Shown here: positions 24,353 to 37,441 of the stretch, in pieces
How positions within the stretch are numbered: position 1 is the stretch's first letter
Layout: each line of letters starts with the position of its first letter
Source: Ranitomeya imitator
Taxonomy: Eukaryota
Length of the DNA: 64,000 bases
NCBI RefSeq assembly: GCF_032444005.1
Contig: NC_091282.1
Location: 695,516,001 to 695,580,000, forward strand
Reading direction: 5' to 3'
Program-made: the position numbers and the translations under genes
Notes under the pieces: model-generated
What the model was told of the DNA's origin: nothing
The model's input: only the letters and a program-made list of their open reading frames with translations
Database searches by the model: none

Positions 24353-25561
24353 GTGTGCCTTTCACACAGGAGTGTTCTGCTAATGACATTGCTACTTAGA
24401 TCCAAATAAACACTGATTTACATGGACCAATTACTTGGTTCATATTTGTGATCATTGCCGCATCTTACCATGTCCACTTGGTTGTCATTTAATCCTCTTT
24501 CATGCAGACATAAATATCATTGCTGTCGGCAGCACATGCTCTTGTATAAAACAGGGGATGTGCTGCTGACAATTAAACAGTATGGGGGACAAATCATAGT
24601 GTCATACATGATGTTGGGGCAGAGAGCCTGATTTCAGCTATGTCACTTGCTCAGCAGTTTGCTGTAGTTTCAATACAATCAATATTTTATCAGCAGGTGA
24701 TTATCACTGCAGGGCTAGGTGTCTTGTGCCTTGTAGTCAACTGTTCAGTGTAAATCAGCTCCCACCACTGATTGGCAGGTTGTCGACAATGTACACAGGA
24801 AGCAGCCAATCAGGGGTGTGGTAATATAGAGCTCAGCTTTCCGGGTCACTGCTATATTTTGAGCAGATAGAACAGGCATTTTATCAAAACTGCACCAAGC
24901 AGCCCAGTAAATGACACATTGCTGTTATCAGGATCTCTGCACCTACATCATACAGCTCTCAGATTCCACAGTAGAAACCTGCTGACATATTCCCTTTAAA
25001 ACATGACCAAAGCACAAACGTGTAAAGCTTGTTTAGTTGTCTGATCTACAAACATGATTTTACCAAGAAATAATCAGGTGCAAGGGTTTATTCAGCCAAG
25101 ATTATTAACAAATAGAAACCCCCATAGGTTTCTACCATTTTTTTTCAGGCTATAAGTTCTATATAGTCCGGATGCACCTGCTATGGCTGTGGATGGGGAG
25201 GATGGGGAGGTGGGGGAGCGGCAGAGCAGCTGGTAACAGGAGGCAAGAGATGGCGGCTGTGGCTAACTCCTGTGTCCACTGATTAAGAGAAATTAATATT
25301 AACTGCATTCCACTCCCATGGGCATGGAGGGCAGTGAATATACATTTTGCTTTAATAGCGTGCACAGTGTTAGCTGCAGGCTCCCTGCAGCTGCCAGCCT
25401 TTCGTGTGTCCCCGCTACTTAAGGCAATGAATATTCACTGCTCTCCACTCCCATGGGTGTGGAATGCAGTAAATATTCATTCCCTTTAGCAGCGGGCACA
25501 CATGAACGCCTGGCAGCTGCAGGAAGCCTGCGGCTGTGGCTAACACTGTGCCCACTATTAA

Positions 25562-25884
25562 AGGGACTCTGTCACCTGAATTTGGAGGGAACAATCTTCA
25601 GCCATAGGGGCGGGGTTTTCGGGTGTTTGATTCACCCTTTCCTTACCCGCCGGCTGCATGCTGGCTGCAATATTGGATTGAAGTTCAATCTCTGTCCTCC
25701 GTAGTACACGCCTGCACAGTGCAATCTTGCCTTGCGCAGGCGTGTACTATGGAGGACAGAGAATGAACTTCAATATTGCAGCCAGCATGCAGCCGGTGGG
25801 TAAGGAAAGGGTGAATCAAACACCTGAAAACCCCGCCCCTATGGCTGAAGATTGTTCCCTCCAAATTCAGGTGACAGAGTCCCT
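25562..25884. mobile_element. Kolobok/T2-type MITE, near-perfect palindrome, nested in an older MITE
   Basis: TTAA|AGGGACTCTGTCACCTG...CAGGTGACAGAGTCCCT|TTAA. Confidence 0.9.
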
Positions 25885-26410
25885 TTAAAGACCAATGAGC
25901 ATTTACTGCCCTCAACACACAGCCCTGGCTGGAGAGCAGTGAGTATTCCGGCAGTTGTTCTCGGCTTGTAAGCAGCGCATGATGTCACTGCCATGTGCTG
26001 CTTACAAGCATAAATTAGCTGCTGACATCAGAACAAGACGCTGCGAGGGAGCATAGGAAGGCAAGTATAAATGGCTTAGGTGTTGTTTTTTTTTAATGTT
26101 TTTCTAATGGGGGCCATGCCTACCAGGATAGGGATGAGGGGGATCATGCCTACCAGGATAGGGGATATTAGTACAGAATTTACCATATTTTTTGTTCCAA
26201 TTTCCTCCTCTAAAACCTAGCTGTGTCTTATANNNNNNNNNNNNNNNNNNNNNNNNNNNNNNNNNNNNNNNNNNNNNNNNNNNNNNNNNNNNNNNNNNNN
26301 NNNNNNNNNNNNNNNNNNNNNNNNNNNNNNNNNNNNNNNNNNNNNNNNNNNNNNNNNNNNNNNNNNNNNNNNNNNNNNNNNTTAATTTTTGCCAGAGCTA
26401 TAGATATATA

Positions 26411-29400
26411 CACTGCTCAACAAAAGTAAAGGGGACACTTAACAGAATATAACTCCAAGTAAATCAAACCTCTGTGAAATCAAACTTGTCCACTTAGGAA
26501 GCAACACTGTTTGACAATCAATTTCACATGCTGTTGTGCAAATGGAATAGACAACAGATGGAAATTATTATTGGCAATTATCAAGACACACTCAATAAAG
26601 GAGTGGTTCTGCAGGTGGGGACCACAGACCACATCTCCATACCAATGATGATGTTTTGGTCACTTTTGAATGTCGGTTGTGCTTTCACATTCGTGGTAGC
26701 ATGAGACGGACTCTTCAGTCATGGCCAAATTTTTGAGAATGACACCAAAATTATATTTTCACATGATCTGCTGCCCTCTGGTTTTTATTAGTGTTTGTCT
26801 GATGCTTATATCACATACAGAAATATAATTGCAATCATATTATGAGTACCAATAGGTTATATTGACAGTTAGAATGATTTAATGCAGCAAGTCAATATTT
26901 GCAGTGTTGACCCTTCTTCTTCAAGACCTCTGCAATTCTCCCTGGCATGCTCTCAATCAACTTCTGGACCAAATCCTGACTGATAGTCCATTCTTGCATA
27001 ATCAATGCTTGCATTTTGCCAGAATTTGTTGGTTTTTGTTTGTCCACCCGTCTCTTGATGATTGACCACAAGTTCTCAATGGGATTAAGATCTGGGGAGT
27101 TTCCAGGCCATGGACCCAAAATCTCTATGTTTTGTTCCATGAGCCATTTAGTTATCACCTTTGCTTTATGGCAAGGTGCTCCATCATGCTGGAAAAGGCA
27201 TTGTTGGGCGCCAAACTGCTCTTGGACGGTTGGGAGAAGTTGCTCTTGGAGGATATTCTGGTACCATTCTTTATTCATGGCTGTGTTTTTAGGCAAGACT
27301 GTGAGTGAGCCGATTCCCTTGGCTGAGAAGCAACCCCACACATGAATGGTTTCAGGATGCTTTACAGTTGGCATGAGACAAGACTGGTGGTAGCGCTCAC
27401 CTCTTCTTCTCCGAATAAGCTGTTTTCCAGATGTCCCAAACAATCGAAAAGGGATTCATCAGAGAAAATGACTTTGCCCCAGTCCTCAGCAGTCCACTCC
27501 CTGTACCTTTTGCAGAATATCAGGCGGTCCCTGATGTTTTTTCTGGAGAGAAGTGGCTTCTTTGCTGCCCTCCTTGAAACCAGGCCTTGCTCAAAGAGTC
27601 TCCGCCTCACAGTGCGTGCAGAAGCACTCACACCAGCCTGCTGCCATTCCTGAGCAAGCTCGGCACTGCTGGTAGTCCGATCCCGCAGCTGAAACAGTTT
27701 TAAGATACGGTCCTGGCGCTTGCTGGTCTTTCTTGGGCGCCCTGGAGCCTTTTTGACAACAATGGAAGCTCTCTCCTTGAAGTTCTTGATGATGCGATAG
27801 ATTGTTAACTGAGGTGCAATCTTTGTAGCTGCGATACTCTTCCCTGTTAGGCCATTTTTGTGCAGTGCAATGATGGCTGCATATGTTTCTTTAGAGATAA
27901 CCATGGTTAACTGAAGAGAAGCAATGATACCAAGCACCAGCCTCCTTTTAAAGTGTCCAGTGATGTAATTCTTACTTAATCATGACTGATTGATCGCCAG
28001 TCCTGTCCTCATCAACACCCACACCTGTGTTAATGGATCAATCACTAAAATGATGTTAGTTGCTCCTTTTAAGGCAGGACTGCAATGATGTTGAAATGTG
28101 TTTTGGGGGTTAAAGTTCATTTTCTGGGCAAATATTGACTTTGCAAGTACAGTAATTGCTGTTAAGCTGATCACTCTGACATTCAGGAGTATATGCAAAT
28201 TGCCACTAGAAAAAATGAAGCAGTAGACTTTGGAAAAATTAATATTTGTCTCATTCTCAAAATGTTTGTCCATGACTGTACAACCCACACAAGTGGCTCA
28301 GGTAGTGTAGCTCTTCCAGGATGGCACATAAATGCGAGCCGTGGCAAGGTTTGCTGTATCTGTCAGCGTAGTGTCCAGAGGCTGGAGGCGCTACCAGGAG
28401 ACAGGCCAGTACACCAGGAGATGTGAAGGGGGCCGTAGGAGGGCAACAACATAGCAGCAGGACCGCTACCTCAGCCTTTGTGCAAGGAGGAACAGGAGCA
28501 CTGCCAGAGCCCTGCAAAATGACCTCCAGCAGGCCACAAATGTGCATGAGTTTGCACAAACCATTAGAAACCGACTCCATGAGGATGGTCTGAGTGCCCG
28601 ACGTTCACACATGGGGGTTGTGCTCACAGCCCAACACTGTGCAGGACGCTTGGCATTTGCCACAGAACACCAGGATTGGCAAATTCGCCACTGGCGCCCT
28701 GTGCTCTTCATTGAAGAAAGCAGTTTCACACTGAGCACAAGTGACTGATGTGACAGAGTCTGGAGACGCCGTGGAGAGCGATCTGCAGTCTGCAACATCT
28801 TTCAGCATGACCGGTTTGGCAGGGGGTTAGTAATGGTGTGGGGTGCCATTTCTTTGGAGGGCTGCACAGCCCTTCATGTGCTCGCCAGAGGTAGCCTGAC
28901 TGCCATTAGGTACAGAGATGAGATCCTTAGACCCCTTGTGAGAACATATGCTGGTGCGGTTGGCCCTGGGCTCCACCTAATGCAGGACAATGCCAGAACT
29001 CATGTGATGGAGAGTGTCAGCAGTTCCTGCAAGTTGAAGGCATTGAAGCTATGGACTGGCCCGCCCGTTCCACAGACCTGAATCTGATTGGACACATCTG
29101 GGACATCATGTCTCGCACCATCCACCAACATCACGTTGCACCACAGACTGTCCAGGAGTTGGCAGAAGCTTTAGTCCAGGTCTGGGAGGAGATCCCTCAG
29201 GAGACCATCTGCCTCCTCATCAGGAGCATGCCCAGGCATTGTAGGGAGGTCATACAGGCACGTAGAGGCCACACACTACTGAGCATCATTTCCTTGTCTT
29301 GAGGCATTTCCACTGAAGTTGGACCAGCCTGTAACTTCATTTTCCACTTTGATTTTGAGCATCATTCCAACTCCAGACCTCTGTGAGATATTAGTTGTGA

Positions 29401-29539
29401 TTTACGTTGATCATTTTTAGGTTTGATCGTTCTCAACACATTCACTATGTAAAGGATAAAGATTTACAACTGGAATATTTAATTCAGCAATATCTAGGAT
29501 GTGATATTTTAGTGTTCCCTTTTTTTTTTTTTTTTGAGC
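26411..29539 (+). mobile_element. Degenerate Tc1 element interrupted by a nested DD35E element
   Basis: TA|CACTGCTCAACAAAAGTAAAGGGGACACT start and GTGTTCCCT...TTTTGAGC end. Frameshifted transposase pieces lie in ORFs 28466-28798, 28542-28748, 28833-29081 and 29051-29302 (VMVWGAIS, LMQDNART, DWPARSTDLN). Confidence 0.9.
26716..28278 (-). mobile_element. DD35E (Traveler-like) Tc1/mariner element with one frameshift
   Basis: Short TIRs CAGTCATGGCCAAA...TTTGTCCATGACTG|TA. ORFs 27362-27937 (to FSDES) and 26892-27443 (FQHDGAPCH...SPDLNPIE) have 35 residues between D2 and E. Confidence 0.88.
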
Positions 29540-29670
29540 GCGCGTGCGTGTGTTTGTATACACACACAGTCAAATGCAAAGGTGAACCTAGTCTTAAATA
29601 AAAAAAAATAGGCACTTTTTTTTTTTTTTTTTTTTTTTTTACATAAGAATAAAGTTACACCAAGCTGTAA

Positions 29671-29865
29671 GGCTGCCATCACACTAGCAGTATTTGGTCA
29701 GTATTTTACATCAGTATTTGTAAGCCAAAACCAGGAGTGGAACAATTAGAGGAAAAGTATAATAGAATCATATGCACCACTTCTGCATTTATCACCCACT
29801 CCTGGTTTTGGCTTGCAAATACTGATGTAAAATACTGAACAAATACTGATAGAGTGAAGGCAGCC
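29671..29865. mobile_element. Harbinger-type MITE (GGCTGCCATCACACTAGCAG family); second copy at 45965-46158
   Basis: TAA TSD, palindromic arms, two similar copies in the window. Confidence 0.85.
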
Positions 29866-30475
29866 TAAGAATGAGAAAGCCAAGAACTGCTCACACCACT
29901 TTAATGCAGGTTAATTAAGAATTGATCAATTATTTGTAATGATTTTCCAGAAGGACGTCTTGTGATTCCTGAAACAATTGTCGGAGTTGGACTATTTTTA
30001 CCCTGAACACTCCGTTGCTTCATCCTTGGCGATGACACACAAACATAACTATAAACTAAAGTGAACATGACAAGAGATTGTAGGTCAGAGGACAGACAAT
30101 TGGCATTTGTCCCGTGGGCTTGGCTCTGTGCAGAACTGTTTGCAATGCAAATCAGCAAGAGTGTCCTGCAAATGTAACTTTACACAATAACCACAGCTCT
30201 ACATAGGCCAAGACTAATGACATGCTGCACTAAGGGAGTCTGACAGTTGCTTTTTGATGCATAACCTATATCCTCATGGCAATAAAATATAATTATTTTA
30301 CTCCAGTCAGCTCCACCCAAGTCACAGTGCAGAGTCACGAACTGGTGTGTGGCAAATGTGATAAAGGAGACCCATACCTACCTGCTGAAAGTTTTGCTGC
30401 AACACATTATAATAATTCACATTTCACTACATGAACTGTACGATGCTCAGGTATGTGGAGCTCATACATTATAGG

Positions 30476-32580
30476 CAGTGGCGTACCGCCAATGGCAGCA
30501 GGCGATGCAGCCACTATGGGGCCAGGAAGCTATGGGGGCCCCAGTGGCAGTATCAGCACTGCCCCCCTCCCCTCCTGTTATTGCACATTCAACTGTAATG
30601 GCATCCTGGGATGGTGATACAGTTGAAAGTAATGAGAGAGGGAGCCGTCAGGGTTCCTCTCACGTCATTCCTCCTCAGCGTCACTACACGACGCCCACTG
30701 CACTGAAATGTGCGGACGCTCCAGAAGACTGAAGCAGCGAGGGAACGGAGGAGGAGAGGTGAGCAATGTATATATTTTTTTAAAGACAGTGAGTACATTG
30801 TGCTGGCCATTATGCTATATGGAGGACTATTGTCACGTTCGCGCCCAGACTGGTTGGCGCGGGCGTGCGGCCCCACTGGACCACAGACCAAACTTCCCTG
30901 GAAGGGGCTTAACTAAGTAGCTTCCTAGGTGTTCGCTGGAGCCTCTGATGGTGAGGTCAGACTTGTGCAATAGGAAGCTACCAGGTACCACTCCAGGGTG
31001 ATGTCTGGCTGTGGCTGCTGATCCCAACGGGGAATGGAACATAGACAGGCAAGCGGGCACGGCTGGCACTCTGGCAGACAGGTGGGCACGGCTGGGACAC
31101 AGGCAGACAGACTGGTACAACAGAGACAATGGCAGGCAGGTGGGCAGGGCTGGCTCTCTGGTAGGCAGGCGGGTACGGCTGGCTCTGGTAGGCAGGCAGG
31201 CACGGCTGTCTCTCTGGCAGGACAGGCGGGCATGGCTAGCTTTCTGGCAGGACAGGCGGGCATGGCTGGCTCTCTGGCAGGACAGGCGGGCACGGCTGGT
31301 ACACTGGAAGAACCGGTAGGGACCGGTCTGCAGACAGGTAAGAACCTGTTCAGACAGGAGGACTTAAGAAAAGATAGAGGAAGACCGCGAGAGCAGATGC
31401 AGAGCGAAAGCACAGGAGCTAGAGCCAATAACAGAGATGCCGGAGGCGGAGCCAAAAGCAAGAGGCAGAGCCAAGTGCAGAAACACAGGAGGCAGAGCCA
31501 AAATCAAGAGGCGGAGCCAAGAGCTGGAGGTAGAGCCAAGTGCAGAAACGCAGGAGGCGGAGCCAAGAGCTGGAGGCAGAGCCAAGTGCAGAAACGCAGG
31601 AGGCGGAGCCAAGAGCTGGAGGCAGAGCCAAGTGCAGAAATGCAGGAGGCGGAGCCAAGAGCTAGAGACAGAGCCAAGTGCAGAAACGCAGGAAGCGGAG
31701 CCAAGAGCAGGAGAGGTAGAACCGCAAAGAGCGGAGCCAGGTAGAACCGCAAGGAGCGAAGCGGCAGAGCGAAGCCACAGAGTGCAGAGCAAAGTCACTG
31801 AGAGCAAAGCCACAGAGTGCAAAGCTGAGAGCAGAGCAAAGTCAGAGTGCAGAGCAGAGAGCAAAGCCACAGAGTGCAGAGCAAGGTAATAGAATGTAGA
31901 GCAAGGAGAAAAGCAAGGTCGCAGAGAGTGGAGCCGAAAGCAGAGCAAAGCAAGACACAGAACACACAGAAGGAAAAAGGAAATCAAGACAGGGATATAA
32001 ACAAACACAGGAACAGGACTTGACTAAGACAGAGTCAGGAACGAGACAAGGCACAGAGACATGGACACAAGCCAGGGTACGACGCCCCTCTGGGTGGCAG
32101 ACATAGGCCAGGGTACTAAGCCCCACTGGGTGGCTACACAGGACACAGACCAGAGTACAACACCCCCTGGGTGGCAGAACACGAGTCACAGAAACATGGC
32201 CTGGCACTTCAGCAACTAAGAACTGACTGAAGGAGTAAGTTGTACAGGCCCCCACCAATGGGTGAGGATGTCTTAAATACAGGAAGCCTCATGGCGATTG
32301 GCCAGGGACAACTTAGGAAGGTGCACACAGTCTCTATAAGAAACAAGAGTTACTGGCGCTGCCCCCCTATGCACGCAGACATGAGGCAGCATGGAGCTAG
32401 CAGCAGAGAGAAGTCACCACAAGGCCCAGAGAAGTAAGTGAGTTTGAGTGTAATGCAGTGGGTGGGGGATGGGAGGCCATGCAGTGATGCCAGCAGAGTT
32501 GTTACAACTATGAGGAGGGCATTGTGCTATATGGAGGACTGTGGGACGTGCATTATGCTATATGGAGGACTATGGAGAGG
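30476..32580. mobile_element. Truncated hAT-type MITE hosting a solo LTR
   Basis: CAGTGGCGTA start like the 10242 element. The TATGCTATATGGAGGACTAT repeats continue on both sides of the LTR; no right TIR found. Confidence 0.55.
30831..32506. mobile_element. Solo LTR (Gypsy-like) with internal tandem repeats
   Basis: TGTCACG...GTTACA termini and a perfect 5-bp TSD ACTAT (30826-30830, 32507-32511). Contains ~22-bp repeats (31050-31300) and 46-bp repeats (31541, 31587, 31633, 31679). Confidence 0.8.
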
Positions 32581-32679
32581 GCAGCAAATTTACTGTCCTG
32601 ATTTTCCAGGCAGAATATGCACAGCATATTCAGCTATATTCACATATACAGAAAATGAAACAGATTTTTCTCTGCATAA

Positions 32680-33043
32680 GGCCTCATTTAGATGTCCGAT
32701 TTTCACGAACAGCACTTGTACCTGTGATAATCTATGGGGCTATTCATACGTTTAGGATTTTTCGTGGACGGAGCAGTCCATGAAAAATTGTGGAGCCATG
32801 TCCTATTTGATCTAAGAGTTGAATCAAAATCAGCATTGGAAGTCTGAGTTCATGAAAAAAAAACAAAACAAAAAACTGTCCGAGTGCAATCTGATGTTCA
32901 AGGACTGTCACATAGGGGAAGGTGGAGAATGTTTTTTTTTTCTCCACGTACTAGAAAAGCGGATGACACTCGGACCACACTGTGATCAAAATATTTGGTC
33001 CTTTTTTCTCGTATGTGAGAAAAACTAACATCTGAATGAGGCC
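32680..33043. mobile_element. Harbinger-type MITE (GGCCTCATT TIR)
   Basis: TAA|GGCCTCATTTAGATG...CATCTGAATGAGGCC. Confidence 0.7.
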
Positions 33044-33932
33044 AAAGAGGATCCGCAGCATTTCCGCAGCTGCGGATCCGCAGCAGTTTCCCATGAGTTT
33101 ACCGTACAATGTAACCCTATGGGAAACAAAAAAACGCTGTGCACATGCTGTGGAAAAAAACGCGCGGAAACGCAGCGGTTTACATTCTGCAGCATGTCAC
33201 TTTCTGCGGATTCCGCAGCGGTTTTACAACTGCTCCAATAGAAATCCGCAGTTGTAAAACCGCAATAAAAACCACGGTAAATCCACAATAAATCCGCAGC
33301 GGTTTTCCACTGCGGATTTATCAAATCTGCTGAAATCTGCTGCGGAAAAATCTGCAGTAGACCAGAATACGTGTGCACAAGAGTGTGTGTGCATGTTGCT
33401 GGTACTGGAAAACGCACTGTGGGTTTTTTTTTTTTGTGCGATCGTGTTTGCTGCTGAATGCAGCATGTGAACAAATCCGAACAGTTGCTGCATTTTACAG
33501 TGTTCGCAAAACATATGGGATTAAGAAATCTCATGCACATGCTGCAAAATATATCTGCAGCAGAAATTGAGAAGAGCTGTAGGTTTTAGATCCACAACGT
33601 CATTTTTTTGCTGAGGCTTAAAGTGCAAATTTCACCTTTTGCAAAGTAAAGAGTGAAATGTGCGACTCCCCACTCCTTCTTTGCCAGGGTATCTGGATAC
33701 ATCGCTTTAGGTATCAATATTGAGGATTCTTGAACTGCTCAATGAATGTTAACCATTTTACAGGTGTAAAAAAAAACAAAATAAAAACACCATAGTGAAT
33801 GAACTAGGGCCTTATAACCATTGTTCTGCAGTACCTGGCAGCGCCTGCTACATACTGTGCTTTGAAGCTGTATATTTGGCAGCTCTTGGGAGGAATGAAA
33901 AGCTGTTTGAGGTCGGACCACCACCAGTCTAA

Positions 33933-34759
33933 AGGCCCCGTCACACTAAGCGACGCTAAAGCGATCCCGACAACAATACGACCTGTCAGGGATCATTGCT
34001 GCGTCGCTATGTGGTCGCTGGTGAGATGTCAAACAGTGAGATCTTCCCAACGACGCAGCAGCGATGTGGCGACCTGTACAACGATGTCGTTGGTCATTGC
34101 GACCCTGTCACATGGCAGCTATTATGACGATTCAGACCTCGATGAGGGACGTCCTGTGTGACGTTGTAGTCACACAGGCGTGCATTTGCGTTGCCTTTTC
34201 CGCGCCCATTCAGTTCCGATTGGTGGTCGCTACTGCGTTCTGATTGGTGGCGGCCTTGCCTTATGAGGCAACCCAATAGCCCTTCCGTCCTTTGTTCCTG
34301 ACCGCGTGGTGGTTTGCAGATCGTTGTAGAGTTCTCCGGCCTGCGACTCCTCTTCGATTTATCTATTCTTCAACGGTTCTTCTGACACCTAGGACGGAAG
34401 CGCTACTATGTCGCCTTCTGTTGAAGGCATGACCGCCAATCAGAACGCAGTAGCGACCACCAATCGGAGCGGAGGGGTGCGGAAAAGGCAACGCAAATGC
34501 ACGCCTATGTGTCGGTGTCTGAGTCGTCAACGAGGTCGTTGGTAAGGTGTCAAACATAGCGATGTGTGCTACCCAGCAGGACCTCAACGATCAAAAAAAG
34601 GTCCAGGCCATTCCGACACGACCAGCGATCTCACAGCAGGGGCCTGGTCGCTGCTACGTGTCAAACATAGCGAGATCGCTACTGAGGTCGCTGTTGCGTC
34701 ACAAAACTTGTGACTCAGCAGCGATCTCGCTAGCGACCTCGCTTAGCGTGAAGGTACTT
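33933..34759. mobile_element. Harbinger-type MITE variant with a CCAAT-rich captured interior
   Basis: TAA|AGGCCCCGTCACACTAAGCG...CGCTTAGCGTGAAGGTACTT|TAA; interior differs from the 23042 copy. Confidence 0.8.
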
Positions 34760-35113
34760 TAAGTGACTGGAAAATCCCTTTGAGGCTGTGTGCACATTTT
34801 GAGATTTTGCAGTGCAGATTTGTCACCAAACCTGAGAGGTTTCTTGATGCCAGCAAAGCGAATGGTCTCATGCACACATCACTCTTCTGCTAAACCGAGC
34901 ATTAATTGTGCTGTACATAACCTAGTTGTAATATACTATATTGTATGTTGAAATGTGATCTTTGGACTGCAGGAAAGGACAGCATTGTTGGTCTGGTTAC
35001 ACATCTACACCACCCGGGTCCAGTGCTTATAGAAAGGAACATATTGTACCAGTGGCAATGGATTTAAAATGACCTATAAAGCGAATGTGAATTCATCTCA
35101 CTTTGTTCATTAG

Positions 35114-35427
35114 TAGTGATGAGCGAATATACTCGTTACTCGAGATTTCTTGAGCACGCTCGGGGTCCTATTATTTTTTTTTTTTTTAGTGCTCGGAGAT
35201 TTCGTTTTCCTCACCTCAGCTGAATGATTTACATCTGTTAGCCAGCTTGATTACATGTGGTGATTCCCTAACAACTAGCAACCCCCACATGTACTTATGC
35301 TGGCTCGTAGATGTAAATCATTCAGTTGCGGCAAGAAAAACTAAATCTATGAGCACAAAAAAATACTCGGAGGTCCCCCGAGCGTGCTCGAGAAATCTCG
35401 AGTAAGGAGTATATTCGCTCATCACTA
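35114..35427. mobile_element. hAT-type MITE (TAGTGATGAGCGA TIR)
   Basis: Perfect 8-bp TSD TTCATTAG. Related fragments near 7986-8065 and 36227-36482. Confidence 0.9.
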
Positions 35428-36922
35428 TTCATTAGTTTTGTATTTTTTTTTTTTTTTTAATGCAATACCAAGAAGATTGATCCAATATGTTTCTCTCTAC
35501 TGGTAATGCCCCCTTTCATATAAAATAATGTTCAGTGAGCTCTATATCCAGCCCGTAGATCTTAGCAGCTCATTTACGGTACATAAAAAGAAAAACGTGG
35601 ATTTTTCTGGAATAACATATCGGATCACAGATTTCAAGGAATCGTTTAATTCAGCTTCCTACACCTAAATGCCCATATAGATGGTTGATCCTACTGACAG
35701 ATTCCCTTTAAATTTAGTGTTCAAGGAAAAGTCCTTTCCCCAATACCCCTTAAAATATACTATACATTTACAACTATAGCCATAAGGTGCCCCAGACATC
35801 TGACACTGCTTATCTTCCAGATTTTATCAATTGATTGAGTTGGATAAGACAAACAAACGCACCTGATCTTTGTGTCTCCTAAAAGCAGACATCATAACAT
35901 CATAAGACAGTCAGACGGCCCCTTACAAAATAAATAGTTTGCTGATCCTGCAGAGATCCGAGATCCTGCATACAAAACACTTAAACCATAGGCATCAAAG
36001 CTGCTCAGACAAAGTATTTAAGTTACGTTCAAATAATAGGCAATAATTGTTTAATTAACGGTTATGTATCATAGCTATAAAGTCCGGTCAGTGGATGGAA
36101 AGGTTCATACAATTTGCCAAACTCATTACAAGAAATTAATCTTAAAGGATTATGCTATATAGAGACATTGGCATGTCATGGATCAGTCTTGGTCTCCTGA
36201 TGTGGACTCCCCAGCTTCATAGGCAATAGTGATGAGAAAACGTGCTGGGATAAGGTGTTATCTGAGCATGCTCGGGTGCTAACAGAGTGCCTTCAGTGTG
36301 CTCGAAAAATATTTTCGAGACCCCGTAGCTGCAGGTCTCACAGCTGTTCAACAGCCACAACATATACCGGGATTGCTTGTGTTGTAGATGCGGGGAGTCG
36401 ATCATTTTTGAGCATGTTGAAGACTCTCAGCACCCAATCACGCTCCGATAACGCCTCATGCCAGCACGCTCGCTCATCAGTAGACATACATGGGGGTGTT
36501 GAGTTCGGTTGGGGCAGAACGGCCCACACTGCAACACACGGATGTGTGAATCAGGTTGAAGCCGTGATCTGCAGCGCTCACGTGCCGTTGTTGTTTTCAA
36601 ACTACCTATTCCACAAAAAATTATTTGATTTTGCAGAGAGAACGGCCAGCAAAACTGCACGACCATAACAATTTATCATGAGATAATTGAGAGATTAATC
36701 AGATAATGGTAATTTAGAAACCACAGAGGCACCCAGCCTTACTATAATGCCAGACACACACGGGCCCACGGACCGGCCGCAGGTCTGCTATCCCAAAATC
36801 CACAGTCTCATTCAGACCTCTGGTTTTATCCATTTTTGTTTCCCTCCCCCAAGGATACAACACAAACCCATTATAATCTATGGTCCGATTCGTTTTTTTT
36901 TTTCTTTTTTTTTTTTTTTGTA

Positions 36923-37117
36923 GGGCTTGTTTCCATTTGCGTGAAACACGTCCGTGTCTCGCATGTGGAAACGAAGCTCTGGTGCCGGCACTCCGGAGTG
37001 GAGCGTGCGGCCGCATAGCAACACATGGAGCTGCACGCTCCGCTCCGGAGTGCCGGCACTAGAGCTTCGTTTCCACATGCGAGACACGGACGTGTTTCTC
37101 GCAAATGGAAAAGAGCC
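36923..37117. mobile_element. Palindromic MITE with the 1069-family core but different termini
   Basis: The core AAACACGTCCGTGTCTCGCATGTG...CACATGCGAGACACGGACGTGTTT is shared. Ends are GGGCTTGTTTCCATTTGCG / CGCAAATGGAAAAGAGCCC|TTA. Confidence 0.75.
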
Positions 37118-37441
37118 CTTAGACTGTGTCTGTGCAAAACTCACGGAGACATGCCTTTTTTTTCCCCCCAGTATCACAGATGAAAAAAGGGCCAATACAA
37201 GGCTATGGATCAGCGAAAAACACATACTGCACACGGATGGCATCGGTACAGTCAGTGTGCTCTACATTAAACATTGTAAAGTATTGGAGAAGCTGTCACT
37301 TATTTATCCAATCAGTGAAAAAAAACACGCTGGTAAAAAGGAGGAACACTGATGACACACGGTACCGTTTTTTTATCTGCATGTACATGATTAAACATGG
37401 ACGTGTGAATGAGGCTTTAGACATATTACACTGTTGAGTTA

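Noticed and set aside
30925-32258. Overlapping 100-236 aa ORFs as a protein-coding gene
   Set aside because: All derive from 22- and 46-bp tandem repeats inside a solo LTR.
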